From the NCBI GenBank assembly GCA_964016885.1, contig OZ024745.1:6014001-6078000 (forward strand): DNA of 64,000 bases, written 5' to 3'. Both the position numbers and the translations under genes were made by a program. How positions within the stretch are numbered: position 1 is the stretch's first letter; each line of letters begins with the position of its first letter. Shown one piece after another: positions 39,403 through 54,700 of this stretch. This stretch comes from Eledone cirrhosa. Lineage: Eukaryota. The notes under the pieces are model-generated. The model saw nothing but the letters and a program-made list of their open reading frames with translations. It was not told where the DNA came from and made no database searches.

Positions 39403-42400
39403 TGGAATGGTATCCTGGATGCACGTTGGGACTATGCAGGGGCATGTCCCGATAGAGAGGGGTGCAACAGCCTCAAGGGGTTACTCGGCCGATTTGACCT
39501 GGCCGATAGATTTCGACTAGATTTTCCGACGGTGCCAACCTGGTCTTGGTCAAATCGCAGCGGATCATCTAGGTCGTACCTAGATAGATTTTTAGTTAGA
39601 AATAAGGACAGGGACTTTTTAAGTTGTCCAGAAATGCTCATGGTTGGCTATTCAGACCACAAGTTGGTGACCTGCATGGTCAACCTTGATAGAACGCATA
39701 GACAGGGCCCCGGTTACTGGAAGCTCAACTTGTCCTTGCCGGCAAGTAGAGCCTACAGGAATCGGATTAGTACGTTAGTTAAGGAACGGTTGACTGGAGC
39801 GATCGTCAACAGCAGGTGGTGGGTATCTCTAAAGAGAGAGATTAGAGTAGTCTCGATAGAATTTAGTAAGGTTCTAGCTGCGGATAGGAATAGGAAGGAA
39901 AGGGAGCTAATAGATAGAGTAGAAGAGGCAATTAGAAGCGGCGACGTGGCCAGAGTGCTAGCGTCGAGAACGGCTTTGAGCCAGTTTTTCGACGCGAAGC
40001 ACGAAGGCTGCGTTGTCCGAAGTAAAATACGTGCTCTAGGGAACGAGGGGACCAAAGCTGTTGGCTGGGCCCGCGTGACAGAGGCCAACAGTGGAACTAA
40101 ATCCACCATCCGGTCTTTGCGAGACCTGGATGGACGGGCGATTCTTGAGCCTAAGCAGATGTGTGAGGCCTTTCAAAGGCACTTTGCCCGACTGTTCGGG
40201 AGGGGCGGGGAGCCGGTTGGGAACGTGGACTTTGGTCCATACCTCGACGGCCTGCCGCGCCTCTCGGACAGGGAGGCGAAGTCCTGCGAGGAGCCGATTT
40301 CGGCCGCTGAGATAGAGGACGTGCTGAGCCAATGCGGCAAACGCAAATCCCCGGGTCTCGATGGTCTTCCTTACGAATTATATCTAGCTATGCCGGACTT
40401 GTTCACCGATCTCCTCGAGGCGGTCTACTGCAACTGGCAACAGAACGGGAGAATTCCCTGTACTGTGACCAAGGGCGTAGTCACGCTAGTGAGGAAGGAC
40501 GAGAACAAGGGGGACGAAATAAGTAACTTCAGGCCCATAACTCTGCTAAATACAGAGTTACAGATTTTGGCCAAGGTGCTAGCAAAGAGGTTGGCGCTTG
40601 TCGTGGGCAACCTGGTGGGAGATGCGCAGACATGCGCTATCCCATCCAGGTCCATCCATGACAACCTCCACCTCATGCGATACATCATAGAGAGGGTTGG
40701 GAACGAACCCGGCTTTGGTGGGGCTCTGATCAACTTGGATCAATCTAAGGCGTTCGATAGGGTCGACCATGGTTACCTGGATGCGGTGCTAGCGGCGGCA
40801 GGCTTTGGACCCGTTTTCAGGGGCTGGATCACTGCTATGCACAGCAGCCGCATCTGCTCTAGGGTCAAGGTGAACGGCTACCTCTCGGAGCCGTTCAAAA
40901 TTGCGCGGTCCATCCGACAAGGGTGCCCTCTCTCCTCCCTTCTGTATGTGTTGACTCTCGAGCCACTACTGCGGAAGTTGGAGTTGTTGCAGGGCATCCC
41001 TTTGGAACCGGGATTGCGGAAAGCGGTGTCAGCCTACGCCGATGACGTGACAGTAATGGTGTCGACGGCCTCCGAAATCGAGGCGGTCGGCACCTTACTG
41101 GAGGAGTACGAAAAGTTCACAGGGGCTAAGCTGAACCGGGACAAGTCGATCGGTTTGCAACTCGGCACGTGGAGGGGCAGACCGATGCCCTCCGATGGCG
41201 TCGTCGGACGCTGGACAGAGGGCCCGGTGAAGTTGCTCGGGGTCTGGTTCGGACCGGACCTCCAGGTGGAGAAAAACTGGGCGGAGGTTACGAACAGGGT
41301 GTTTGCACTGACCCAGAAGTGGGCCAGTTGCAAACTATCCCATGAAAGGTCGGGCGGAGGTGGCGAACACTTATATAGCGTCCGTCATCTACTACCGCCT
41401 GACCGTAGTGCCCTGCCCAAGGGAAACCCTCACCAAGATGGAGCGCGCGCTCTTCCAATTCCTTTGGAAGAGGCGGGCTCCTATGGTGAGGAGATCCATC
41501 TGCTGTCAACACCCTTCGAAAGGAGAGCTGGGGATGCCGTGGCTAATGATGCGTAAACACGCATTAAGGCTACGGCACCTCTACGTATTCCTCACCGGAC
41601 AACCGGTATGGGCCTCGTTTGTGAGACGAACCTTTCCCAGACTCGTCTCACTCACCGAGCTGCAATCCTGGGTCAAGCAAAGACCGAGAAAACTGGGCGC
41701 CTGGCACACTGAGTGTGCCCAGGCGCTCACCGCCCTCTGGCAGGCGGATCCGGTTATCAGTGGAGACTCCACCGCAACATTCTATAGAGGGCTGGTACGC
41801 AGCAGGTGCGACGAGGCCCTCGGAGAAGCCCTAGACATGGAGGAGGACGAACTGGCCAGCCTGTTCCGTAGGACATTCAGCCCGGGACCTATGGACAACT
41901 TCCAGAAGTCCCTGGCCTGGCAGTGCTACCGAGGAGCTTTACCCGTTCGAGAAAGGCTCTACAGACACGGGCGCCCGGGTAGGGACCCCGCCAAAAAGAT
42001 CTGTCCCAGATGCGTGTGCGACGAGGAAACCGTTGCACACGCATTGGTACACTGCTCGGGCGTAGCCGATCTGTGGGGCTATGTCGAACAACTGCTGTCA
42101 AGGGTGGGACCGATCCGGTTGACCACCGAGTCTATTGTAATGATCAAGCCGCCTCCCCCCTTCAAAGATGAAGCAGAGGCGGTGTTTCTGTGCGTAATAG
42201 CCATGGCGAAAGAGGTTGTATGGTGGACGCGTCTGAAAGGACTGAGGTCAGGCACCTTTCTCTCTGGCCAACAACTGGTCCGTTTCTTCCGATATCATTT
42301 CGGAAGAAGGATCAGGATGGAGAGAGAGGTGCTGCACCCCAGCCGTTTCTATGAAAGATGGGTGAAAGTGGCGAGAATGGCCCGTGTGAATGGGCCTTCA

Positions 42401-42680
42401 CTCTACATCAGACTATAGGTGAGGAAGATGAAAGACCAAGGGAGCACCCCTTCTCTGTGCTCCTGAGGAGAAGGGTTGCACACTTTTTTCGGGGGTGTGT
42501 GCGACCCCCCAAGGCGCCTCCTCTCTATTGAGGATTTTGTTATAAATTTTATTTTTTGTTATATCTTATTTTATTTTTATATTTTGTTATTGCCTCCTCC
42601 TTATTGAGGACGCCTTTTTGTGTAAACTCCCCCCTTTGTACTTGTCCCACTTTTGATGCCCTAGTGGCAAATAAAAGAAA
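39403..42680 (+). mobile_element. 5'-truncated L1/Tx1-clade LINE: partial APE endonuclease, RT, zf-RVT-type C-terminus and 3' UTR; one frameshift at about 41342
   Basis: SYLDRFL, YSDH, GPGYWKLN, KSPGLDG, FRPITLLN, DQSKAFDRV, RQGCPLS, YADD and CPRC..ETVAH..C. Stop at 42418; AATAAA at about 42670. Confidence 0.93.
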
Positions 42681-42835
42681 CATATATGTAATAATAGGTC
42701 TGATCGGTCAGGACTGGCCTGGGATTAAACAATAACGACGACAACGACAACAACAGTAAGCAAGTGCTGCAATAATGTGGTTACATTAATCTGCGAGTCT
42801 TTCTGGTTCTTTATGATGTTTTCTGGGTTCTAAAT

Positions 42836-42901
<66 letters not shown>

Positions 42902-43087
42902 TGTGTGTGTCCGTATATGTGTCTGTATGTGTGTATGTATATATGTGTATGAGTATGTGTGTATGTGTGTATGTGTGTATGTGTATATGTGTGTGTGTGT
43001 GTGTGAAGTTATGACTTCAATGAATTTTGAAAATAAATTACTTGAATATAATTATGAAAACTGTAATTAATTAAAAATTACATCACT

Positions 43088-44566
43088 TAGCGTGTTATCT
43101 GCTGGCTACAATATACCAAGGTAGAGTGTTATCTGCTGGCTACAATATAGCAATTTGGCGTGTTATATGCTAACTACAATAAAGCTTGTTATCTGCTGGC
43201 TACTATATAGCGTTTTATCTGCTGGCTACAATATAGCGTGTTATCTGCTGGCTACTATACCAAGGTGGTATGTTATCTGATGGCTATAATATAGAAAGGT
43301 AGCGTGTTATCCGGTGACTACAATATAGCAAGGTAGCGTGTTATCCGGTGAATACAATATAGCAAGGTGGCGTGTTATCTGCTGGCTACAATATAGTAAG
43401 GTAGCGTGTTATCTGCTGGCTGCAATATAGCAAGGTAGCGTGTTATCTGGTGACTACAATATATCAAGGTGGCGTGTTATCTGCTGACTACAATACAGCA
43501 AGGTGGCATGTTATCTGGTGACTACAATATAGTTAGGTGGCGTGTTATCTGGTGACTACAATATATCAAGGTGGCGTGTTATCTGCTGACTACAATATAG
43601 CAGGGTAGCGTGTTATCTGCTGGCTACAATATAGTTAGGTGGCGTGTTATCTGGTGACTACAATATAGTTAGGTGGCGTGTTATCTGGTGACTACAATAT
43701 AGTTAGGTGGCGTGTTATCTGGTGACTACAATATAGCAAGGTAGCGTATTATCTGCTGACTACAATATAGCAAGGTAGCGTGTTATCTGGTGACTACAAT
43801 ATAGCAAGGTAGCGTGTTATCTGGTGACTACAATATAGTTAGGTGGCGTGTTATCTGGTGACTACAATATAGCAAGGTAGCGTGTTATCTGCTGACAACA
43901 ATATAGCAAGGTGGCGTGTTATCTGCTGGCTACAATATAGTTAGGTGGCGTGATTTCTGGTGACTACAACATAGCAAGGTAGCGTGTTATCTGCTGACTA
44001 CAATATAGCAAGGTGGCGTGTTATCTGCTGGCTACAATATAGTTAGGTGGCGTGTTATCTGGTGACTACAATATAGCAAGGTAGCGAGTTATCTGGTGAC
44101 TACAATATAGTTAGGTGGCGTGTTATCTGGTGACTACAATATAGCAAGGTAGCGTGTTATCTGCTGACTACAATATAGCAAGGTGGCGTGTTATCTGCTG
44201 GCTACAATATAGTTAGGTGGCGTGTTATCTGGTGACTACAATATAGCAAGGTAGCGTGTTATCTGCTGGCTATAATATAGTTAGGTGGCGTGTTATCTGG
44301 TGACTACAATATAGCAAGGTAGCGTGTTATCTGGTGACTACAATATAGTTAGGTGGCGTGTTATCTGGTGACTACAATATAGCAAGGTGGCGTGTTATCT
44401 GCTGGCTATAATATAGTTAGGTGGCGTGTTATCTGGTGACTACAATATAGCAAGGTAGCGTGTTATCTGGTGACTACAATATAGCAAGGTGGCGTGTTAT
44501 CTGGTGACTACAATATAGCAAGGTAGCGTGTTATCTGCTGACTACAATATAGTTAGGTGGCGTGTT
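43088..44566. repeat. 34-bp satellite (GCGTGTTATCTGGTGACTACAATATAGCAAGGTA), about 43 copies
   Basis: Directly visible; degenerate at the left edge. Confidence 0.95.
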
Positions 44567-44639
44567 TTGGAAGGAGTGTTTGAGGACTCTACCCCCCCCC
44601 CCTCCTTTTCAGAACTGAGTGAAAAAGAAAAGATTAATG

Positions 44640-45474
44640 TTGTATGGAGCCGAAGCTGTTGGTGGAGTCGAGAGAGTGACGGGGTGATGGCGTATGTTGA
44701 GCCGTAGCTGTTGGTGGAGTCGGGAGAGTGACGGGGTGATGGCGTATGTTGAGCCGTAGCTGTTGGTGGAGTCGGGAGAGTGACGGGGTGATGGCGTATG
44801 TTGAGCCGTAGCTGTTGGTGGAGTCGGGAGAGTGACGGGGTAATGGCGTATGTTGAGCCGTAGCTGTTGGTGGAGTCGGGAGAGTGACGGGGTGATGGCG
44901 TATGTTGAGCCGTAGCTGTTGGTGGAGTCGGGAGAGTGACGGGGTAATGGCGTATGTTGAGCCGTAGCTGTTGGTGGAGTCGGGAGAGTGACGGGGTGAT
45001 GGCGTATGTTGAGCCGTAGCTGTTGGTGGAGTCGGAAGAGTGACGAGGTGATGGCGTATGTTGAGCCGTAGCTGTTGGTGGAGTCGGGAGAGTGACGAGG
45101 TGATGGCGTATGTTGAGCCGTAGCTGTTGGTGGAGTCGGGAGAGTGACGGGGTGATGGCGTATGTTGAGCCGTAGCTGTTGGTGGAGTCGGGAGAGTGAC
45201 GAGGTGATGGCGTATGTTGAGCCGTAGCTGTTGGTGGAGTCGGGAGAGTGACGAGGTGATGGCGTATGTTGAGCCGTAGCTGTTGGTGGAGTCGGGAGAG
45301 TGACGGGGTGATGGCGTATGTTGAGCCGTAGCTGTTGGTGGAGTCGGGAGAGTGACGGGGTAATGGCGTATGTTGAGCCGTAGCTGTTGGTGGAGTCGGG
45401 AGAGTGACGGGGTGATGGCGTATGTTGAGCCGTAGCTGTTGGTGGAGTCGGGAGAGTGACGAGGTGATGGCGTG
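44640..45474. repeat. 52-bp minisatellite, about 16 copies
   Basis: Unit GGCGTATGTTGAGCCGTAGCTGTTGGTGGAGTCGGGAGAGTGACGGGGTGAT. Confidence 0.95.
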
Positions 45475-45733
45475 TCTTGGCCATTTAAAACCTGAAGAAG
45501 CCCTTCCTCTCGTCGTGTTAGAAGACAACTGATTTCTTGAAGAGAGAGAAAGGGAGAGAGAGAGAGAGAGAGGGGGGACATGGGGAGAGAGGGAGATGGG
45601 GGGTGTATTTGTTTTATCGCCCTGGAAAGGATGAAAGCCATAGTTGAGCTGAGCGGGATTTGAACTCAAAAAGCAGCAGAAACCGGAACAAACACCTAAT
45701 GGTATTCTATCAGATGGTGTAACTATTCTGCCA

Positions 45734-48700
45734 ATGTAACACAATATACACCTTCCCAGGCCATGTAACGCAATATAAACCTTCCCAGGCCATGTAACAC
45801 AATATACACCTTCCCAGACCATATAACACAATATACACCTTCCCAGGCCATATGACACAATATACACCTTCCCAGGCCATATAACACAATACACACCTTC
45901 CCAGGCCATGTAACACACAATATACACCTTCCCAGGCCATGTAACACACAATATACACCTTCCCAGGCCATGTAACACAATATACACCTTCCCAGGCCAT
46001 ATAACACAATATACACCTTCCCAGATCATATAACACAATATACACCTTCCCAGATCATATAACACAATATACACCTTCCCAGGCCATGTAACACAATATA
46101 CACCTTCCCAGGCCATGTAACACAATATACACCTTCCCAGGCCATATAACACAATATACACCTTCCCAGGCCATATAACACAATATACACCTTCCCAGGC
46201 CATGTAACACACAATATACACCTTCCCAGGCCATGTAACACAATATACACCTTCCCAGGCCATGTAACACAATATACACCTTCCCAGGCCATATAACACA
46301 ATATACACCTTCCCAGGCCATATAACACAATATACACCTTCCCAGGCCATATAACACAATATACATCTTCCCAGGCCATATAATACAATATACCCCTTCC
46401 CAGGCCATGTAACACACAATATACACCTTCCCAGGCCATATAACACAATATACAGCTTCCCAGGCCATGTAACACACAATATACACCTTCCCAGGCCATG
46501 TAACACAATATACACCTTCCCAGGCCATATAACACAATATACACCTTCCCAGGCCATATAACACAATATACACCTTCTCAGGCCATGTAACACACAATAT
46601 ACACCTTCCCAGGCCATGTAACACAATATACACCTTCCCAGGCCATGTAACACAATATACACCTTCCCAGGCCATATAACACAATATACACCTTCCCAGG
46701 CCATATAACACAATATACACCTTCCCAGGCCATATAACACAATATACACCTTCCCAGGCCATGTAACACAATATACACCTTCCCAGGCCATATAACACAA
46801 TATACACCTTCCCAGACCATATAACACAATATACACCTTCCCAGATCATATAACACAATATACACCTTCCCAGGCCATGTAACACAATATACACCTTCCC
46901 AGGCCATATAACACGATATACACCTTCCCAGACCATGTAACACAATATACACCTTCCCAGGCCATATAACACAATATACACGTTCCCAGGCCATATAACA
47001 CAATACACACCTTCCCAGGCCATGTAACACAATATACACCTTCCCAGGCCATATAACACAATATACACCTTCCCAGACCATATAACACAATATACACCTT
47101 CCCAGACCATATAACACAATATACACCTTCCCAGGCCATATAACACAATATACACCTTCCCAGGCCATATAACACAATACACACCTTCCCAGGCCATGTA
47201 ACACAATATACACCTTCCCAGGCCATATAACACAATATACACCTTCCCAGACCATATAACACAATATACACCTTCCCAGACCATATAACACAATATACAC
47301 CTTCCCAGGCCATATAACACAATATACACCTTCCCAGACCATATAACACAATATACACCTTCCCAGACCATATAACACAATATACACCTTCCCAGGCCAT
47401 ATAACACAATATACACCTTCCCAGGCCATGTAACACAATATACACCTTCCCAGGCCATGTAACACAATATACACCTTCCCAGGCCATATAACACAATATA
47501 CACCTACCCAGGCCATGTAACACAATATACACCTTCCCAGGCCATATAACACAATATACACCTTCCCAGGCCATGTAACACAATGTACACGTTCCCAGGC
47601 CATGTAACACAATGTACACCTTCCCAGGCCATATAACACAATATACACCTTCCCAGACCATATAACACAATATACACCTTCCCAGGCCATGTAACACAAT
47701 ATACACCGTCCAAGGCCATATAACACAATATACACCTTCCCAGGCCATGTAACACAATATACACCTTCCCAGACCATATAACACAATATACACCTTCCCA
47801 GGCCATGTAACACAATATACACCTTCCCAGGCCATATAACACAATATACACCTTCCCAGGCCATATAACACAATATACAACTTCCCAGGCCATGTAACAC
47901 AATATACACCTTCCCAGGCCATGTAACACAATATACACCTTCCCAGACCATATAACACAATATACATCTTCCCAGGCCATATAACACAATATACACCTTC
48001 CCAGGCCATGTAACACAATATACACCTTCCCAGGCCATGTAACACAATATACACCTTCCCAGGCCATATAACACAATATACACCTTCCCAGGCCATGTAA
48101 CACAATATACATCTTCCCAGGCCATATAACACAATATACACCTTCCCAGGCCATGTAACACAATATACAACTTCCCAGGCCATGTAACACAATATACACC
48201 TTCCCAGGCCATATAACACAATATACACCTTCCCAGGCCATATAACACAATATACACCTTCCCAGGCCATATAACACAATATACACCTTCCCAGGCCATA
48301 TAACACAATACACACCTTCCCAGGCCATGTAACACACAATATACACCTTCCCAGGCCATGTAACACAATATACACCTTCCCAGGCCATATAACACAATAT
48401 ACACCTTCCCAGATCATATAACACAATATACACCTTCCCAGGCCATATAACACAATATACACCTTCCCAGGCCATATAACACAATACACACCTTCCCAGG
48501 CCATGTAACACACAATATACACCTTCCCAGGCCATGCAACACAATATACACCTTCCCAGGCCATGTAACACAATATACACCTTCCCAGGCCATATAACAC
48601 AATATACACCTTCCCAGGCCATATAACACAATATACACCTTCCCAGGCCATATAACACAATATAGACCTTCCCAGGCTATATAACACAATATACCCCTTC

Positions 48701-51700
48701 CCAGGCCATGTAACACAATACACACCTTCCCAGGCCATATAACACAATATACACCTTCCCAGGCCATATAACACAATACACACCTTCCCAGGCCATGTAA
48801 CACAATATACACCTTCCCAGGCCATATAACACAATATACACCTCCCCAGACCATATAACACAATATACACCTTCCCAGACCATATAACACAATATACACC
48901 TTCCCAGGCCATATAACACAATATACACCTTCCCAGGCCATGTAACACAATATACACCTTCCCAGGCCATGTAACACAATATACACCTTCCCAGGCCATA
49001 TAACACAATATACACCTACCCAGGCCATGTAACACAATATACACCTTCCCAGGCCATGTAACACAATATACACCTTCCCAGGCCATATAACACAATATAC
49101 ACCTTCCCAGGCCATGTAACACAATATACACCTTCCCAGGCCATGTAACACAATATACACCTTCCCAGGCCATATAACACAATATACACCTACCCAGGCC
49201 ATGTAACACAATATACACCTTCCCAGGCCATATAACACAATATACACCTTCCCAGGCCATGTAACACAATGTACACCTTCCCAGGCCATGTAACACAATA
49301 TACACCTTCCCAGGCCATATAACACAATATACACCTTCCCAGACCATATAACACAATATACACCTTCCCAAGCCATGTAACACAATATACACCGTCCAAG
49401 GCCATATAACACAATATACACCTTCCCAGGCCATGTAACACAATATACACCTTCCCAGACCATATAACACAATATACACCTTACCAGGCCATGTAACACA
49501 ATATACACCTTCCCAGGCCATATAACACAATATACACCTTCCCAGGCCATATAACACAATATACACCTTCCCAGGCCATGTAACACAATATACACCTTCC
49601 CAGGCCATATAACACAATATACACCTTCCCAGACCATGTAACACAATACACACCTTCCCAGACCATATAACACAATATACACCTTCCCAGGCCATGTAAC
49701 ACAATATACACCTTCCCAGGCCATATAACACAATATACACCTACCCAGGCCATGTAACACAATATACACCTTCCCAGGCCATATAACACAATATACACCT
49801 TCCCAGGCCATGTAACACAATATACACCTTCCCAGGCCATGTAACACAATATACACCTTCCCAGGCCATATAACACAATACACACCTTCCCAGGCCATGT
49901 AACACAATATACACCTTCCCAGGCCATATAACACAATATACACCTTCCCAGACCATATAACACAAAATACACCTTCCCAGACCATATAACACAATATACA
50001 CCTTCCCAGGCCATATAACACAATATAGACCTTCCCAGACCATATAAGACAATATACACCTTCCCAGGCCATATAACACAATATACACCTTCCCAGGCCA
50101 TGTAACGCAATATACACCTTACCATACCATATAACACAATATACAACTTCCCAGGCCATGTAACACAATATACACCTTCCCAGGCCATATAATACAATAT
50201 ACACCTTCCCAGGCCATATAACACAATATACACCTTCCCAGGCCATATAACACAATATACAGCTTCCCAGGCCATATAACACAATACACACCTTCCCAGG
50301 CCATGTAACACACAATATACACCTTCCCAGGCCATGTAACACAATATACACCTTCCCAGGCCATATAACACAATATACACCTTCCCAGATCATATAACAC
50401 AATATACACCTTCCCAGACCATATAACACAATATACACCTTCCCAGGCCATCTAACACAATATACACCTTCCCAGGCCATATAACACAATATACACCTTC
50501 CCAGGCCATATAACACAATATACACCTTCCCAGGCCATATAACACAATATACACCTTCCCAGGCCATATAACACAATATACACTTTCCCAGGCCACATAA
50601 CACAATATAGACCTTCCCAGGCCATATAACACAATATACACCTTCCCAGGCCATGTAACACAATATACACCTTCCCAGGCCATGTAACACACAATATACA
50701 CCTTCCCAGGCCATGTATCACAATATACACCTTCCCAGGCCATGTAACACAATATACACCTTCCCAGGCCATATAACACAATATACACCATCCCAGACCA
50801 TATAACACGATATACAGCTTCCCAGATCATATAACACAATATACACCTTCCCAGGCCATGTAACACAATATACACCTTCCCAGGCCATATAGCACGATAT
50901 ACACCTTCCCAGACCATGTAACACAATATACACCTTCCCAGGCCATATAACACAATACACACCTTCCCAGGCCATATAACTCAATATACACCTTCCCAGG
51001 CCATATAACACAATACACACCTTCCCAGGCCATGTAACACAATATACACCTTCCCAGGCCATATAACACAATATACACCTTCCCAGACCATATAACACAA
51101 TATACACCTTCCCAGGCCATGTAACACGATATACACCTTCCCAGGCCATATAACACAATATACACCTTCCCAGGCCATATAACACAATATACACCTTCCC
51201 AGGCCATGTAACGCAATATACACCTTCCCAGACCATATAACACAATATACAACTTCCCAGGCCATGTAACACAATATACACCTTCCCAGGCCATATAACA
51301 CAATATACACCTTCCCAGGCCATATAACACAATATACACCTTCCCAGGCCATATAACACAATATACACCTTCCCAGGCCATATGACACAATATACACCTT
51401 CGCAGGCCATATAACACAATATACACCTTCCCAGGCCATATAACACAATACACACCTTCCCAGGCCATGTAACACACAATATACACCTTCCCAGGCCATG
51501 TAACACAATATACACCTTCCCAGGCCATGTAACACAATATACACCTTCCCAGGCCATATAACACAATATACACCTTCCCAGACCATATAACACAATATAC
51601 ACCTTCCCAGACCATATAACACAATATACACCTTCCCAGGCCATGTAACACGATATACACCTTCCCAGGCCATATAACACAATATACACCTTCCCAGGCC

Positions 51701-54700
51701 ATATAACACAATATACACCTTCCCAGGCCATGTAACGCAATATACACCTTCCCAGACCATATAACACAATATACAACTTCCCAGGCCATGTAACACAATA
51801 TACACCTTCCCAGGCCATATAACACAATATACACCTTCCCAGGCCATATAACACAATATACACCTTCCCAGGCCATATAACACAATATACACCTTCCCAG
51901 GCCATATGACACAATATACACCTTCGCAGGCCATATAACACAATATACACCTTCCCAGGCCATATAACACAATACACACCTTCCCAGGCCATGTAACACA
52001 CAATATACACCTTCCCAGGCCATGTAACACAATATACACCTTCCCAGGCCATGTAACACAATATACACCTTCCCAGGCCATATAACACAATATACACCTT
52101 CCCAGACCATATAACACAATATACAGCTTCCCAGATCATATAACACAATACACACCTTCCCAGGCCATGTAACACACAATATACACCTTCCCAGGCCATG
52201 TAACACAATATACACCTTCCCAGGCCATATAACACAATATACACCTTCCCAGATCATATAACACAATATACACCTTCCCAGACCATATAACACAATATAC
52301 ACCTTCCCAGGCCATATAACACAATATACACCTTCCCAGGCCATATGACACAATATACACCTTCGCAGGCCATATAACACAATATACACCTTCCCAGGCC
52401 ATATAACACAATACACACCTTCCCAGGCCATGTAACACACAATATACACCTTCCCAGGCCATGTAACACAATATACACCTTCCCAGGCCATGTAACACAA
52501 TATACACCTTCCCAGGCCATATAACACAATATACACCTTCCCAGACCATATAACACAATATACACCTTCCCAGACCATATAACACAATATACACCTTCCC
52601 AGGCCATGTAACACGATATACACCTTCCCAGGCCATATAACACAATATACACCTTCCCAGGCCATATAACACAATATACACCTTCCCAGGCCATGTAACG
52701 CAATATACACCTTCCCAGACCATATAACACAATATACAACTTCCCAGGCCATGTAACACAATATACACCTTCCCAGGCCATATAACACAATATACACCTT
52801 CCCAGGCCATATAACACAATATACACCTTCCCAGGCCATATAACACAATATACACCTTCCCAGGCCATATGACACAATATACACCTTCGCAGGCCATATA
52901 ACACAATATACACCTTCCCAGGCCATATAACACAATACACACCTTCCCAGGCCATGTAACACACAATATACACCTTCCCAGGCCATGTAACACAATATAC
53001 ACCTTCCCAGGCCATGTAACACAATATACACCTTCCCAGGCCATATAACACAATATACACCTTCCCAGACCATATAACACAATATACAGCTTCCCAGATC
53101 ATATAACACAATACACACCTTCCCAGGCCATGTAACACACAATATACACCTTCCCAGGCCATGTAACACAATATACACCTTCCCAGGCCATATAACACAA
53201 TATACACCTTCCCAGATCATATAACACAATATACACCTTCCCAGACCATATAACACAATATACACCTTCCCAGGCCATGTAACACAATATACACCTTCCC
53301 AGGCCATATAACACAATATACACCTTCCCAGGCCATATAACACAATATACACCTTCCCAGGCCATATAACACAATATACACCTTCCCAGGCCATATAACA
53401 CAATATACACTTTCCCAGGCCACATAACACAATATACACCTTCCCAGGCCATATAACACAATATACACCTTCCCAGGCCATGTAACACAATATACACCTT
53501 CCCAGGCCATGTAACACACAATATACACCTTCCCAGGCCATGTATCACAATATACACCTTCCCAGGCCATGTAACACAATATACACCTTCCCAGGCCATA
53601 TAACACAATATACACCATCCCAGACCATATAACACGATATACAGCTTCCCAGATCATATAACACAATATACACCTTCCCAGGCCATGTAACACAATATAC
53701 ACCTTCCCAGGCCATATAGCACGATATACACCTTCCCAGACCATGTAACACAATATACACCTTCCCAGGCCATATAACACAATACACACCTTCCCAGGCC
53801 ATATAACTCAATATACACCTTCCCAGGCCATATAACACAATACACACCTTCCCAGGCCATGTAACACAATATACACCTTCCCAGGCCATATAACACAATA
53901 TACACCTTCCCAGACCATATAACACAATATACACCTTCCCAGGCCATGTAACACGATATACACCTTCCCAGGCCATATAACACAATATACACCTTCCCAG
54001 GCCATATAACACAATATACACCTTCCCAGGCCATGTAACGCAATATACACCTTCCCAGACCATATAACACAATATACAACTTCCCAGGCCATGTAACACA
54101 ATATACACCTTCCCAGGCCATATAACACAATATACACCTTCCCAGGCCATATAACACAATATACACCTTCCCAGGCCATATAACACAATATACACCTTCC
54201 CAGGCCATTTGACACAATATACACCTTCGCAGGCCATATAACACAATATACACCTTCCCAGGCCATATAACACAATACACACCTTCCCAGGCCATGTAAC
54301 ACACAATATACACCTTCCCAGGCCATGTAACACAATATACACCTTCCCAGGCCATGTAACACAATATACACCTTCCCAGGCCATATAACACAATATACAC
54401 CTTCCCAGACCATATAACACAATATACAGCTTCCCAGATCATATAACACAATATACACCTTCCCAGGCCATGTAACACAATATGCACCTTCCCAGGCCAT
54501 ATAACACGATATACACCTTCCCAGACCATGTAACACAATATACACCTTCCCAGGCCATATAACACAATACACACCTTCCCAGGCCATATAACACAATATA
54601 CACCTTCCCAGGCCATATAACACAATACACACCTTCCCAGGCCATGTAACACAATATACACCTTCGCAGGCCATATAACACAATATACACCTTCCCAGAC

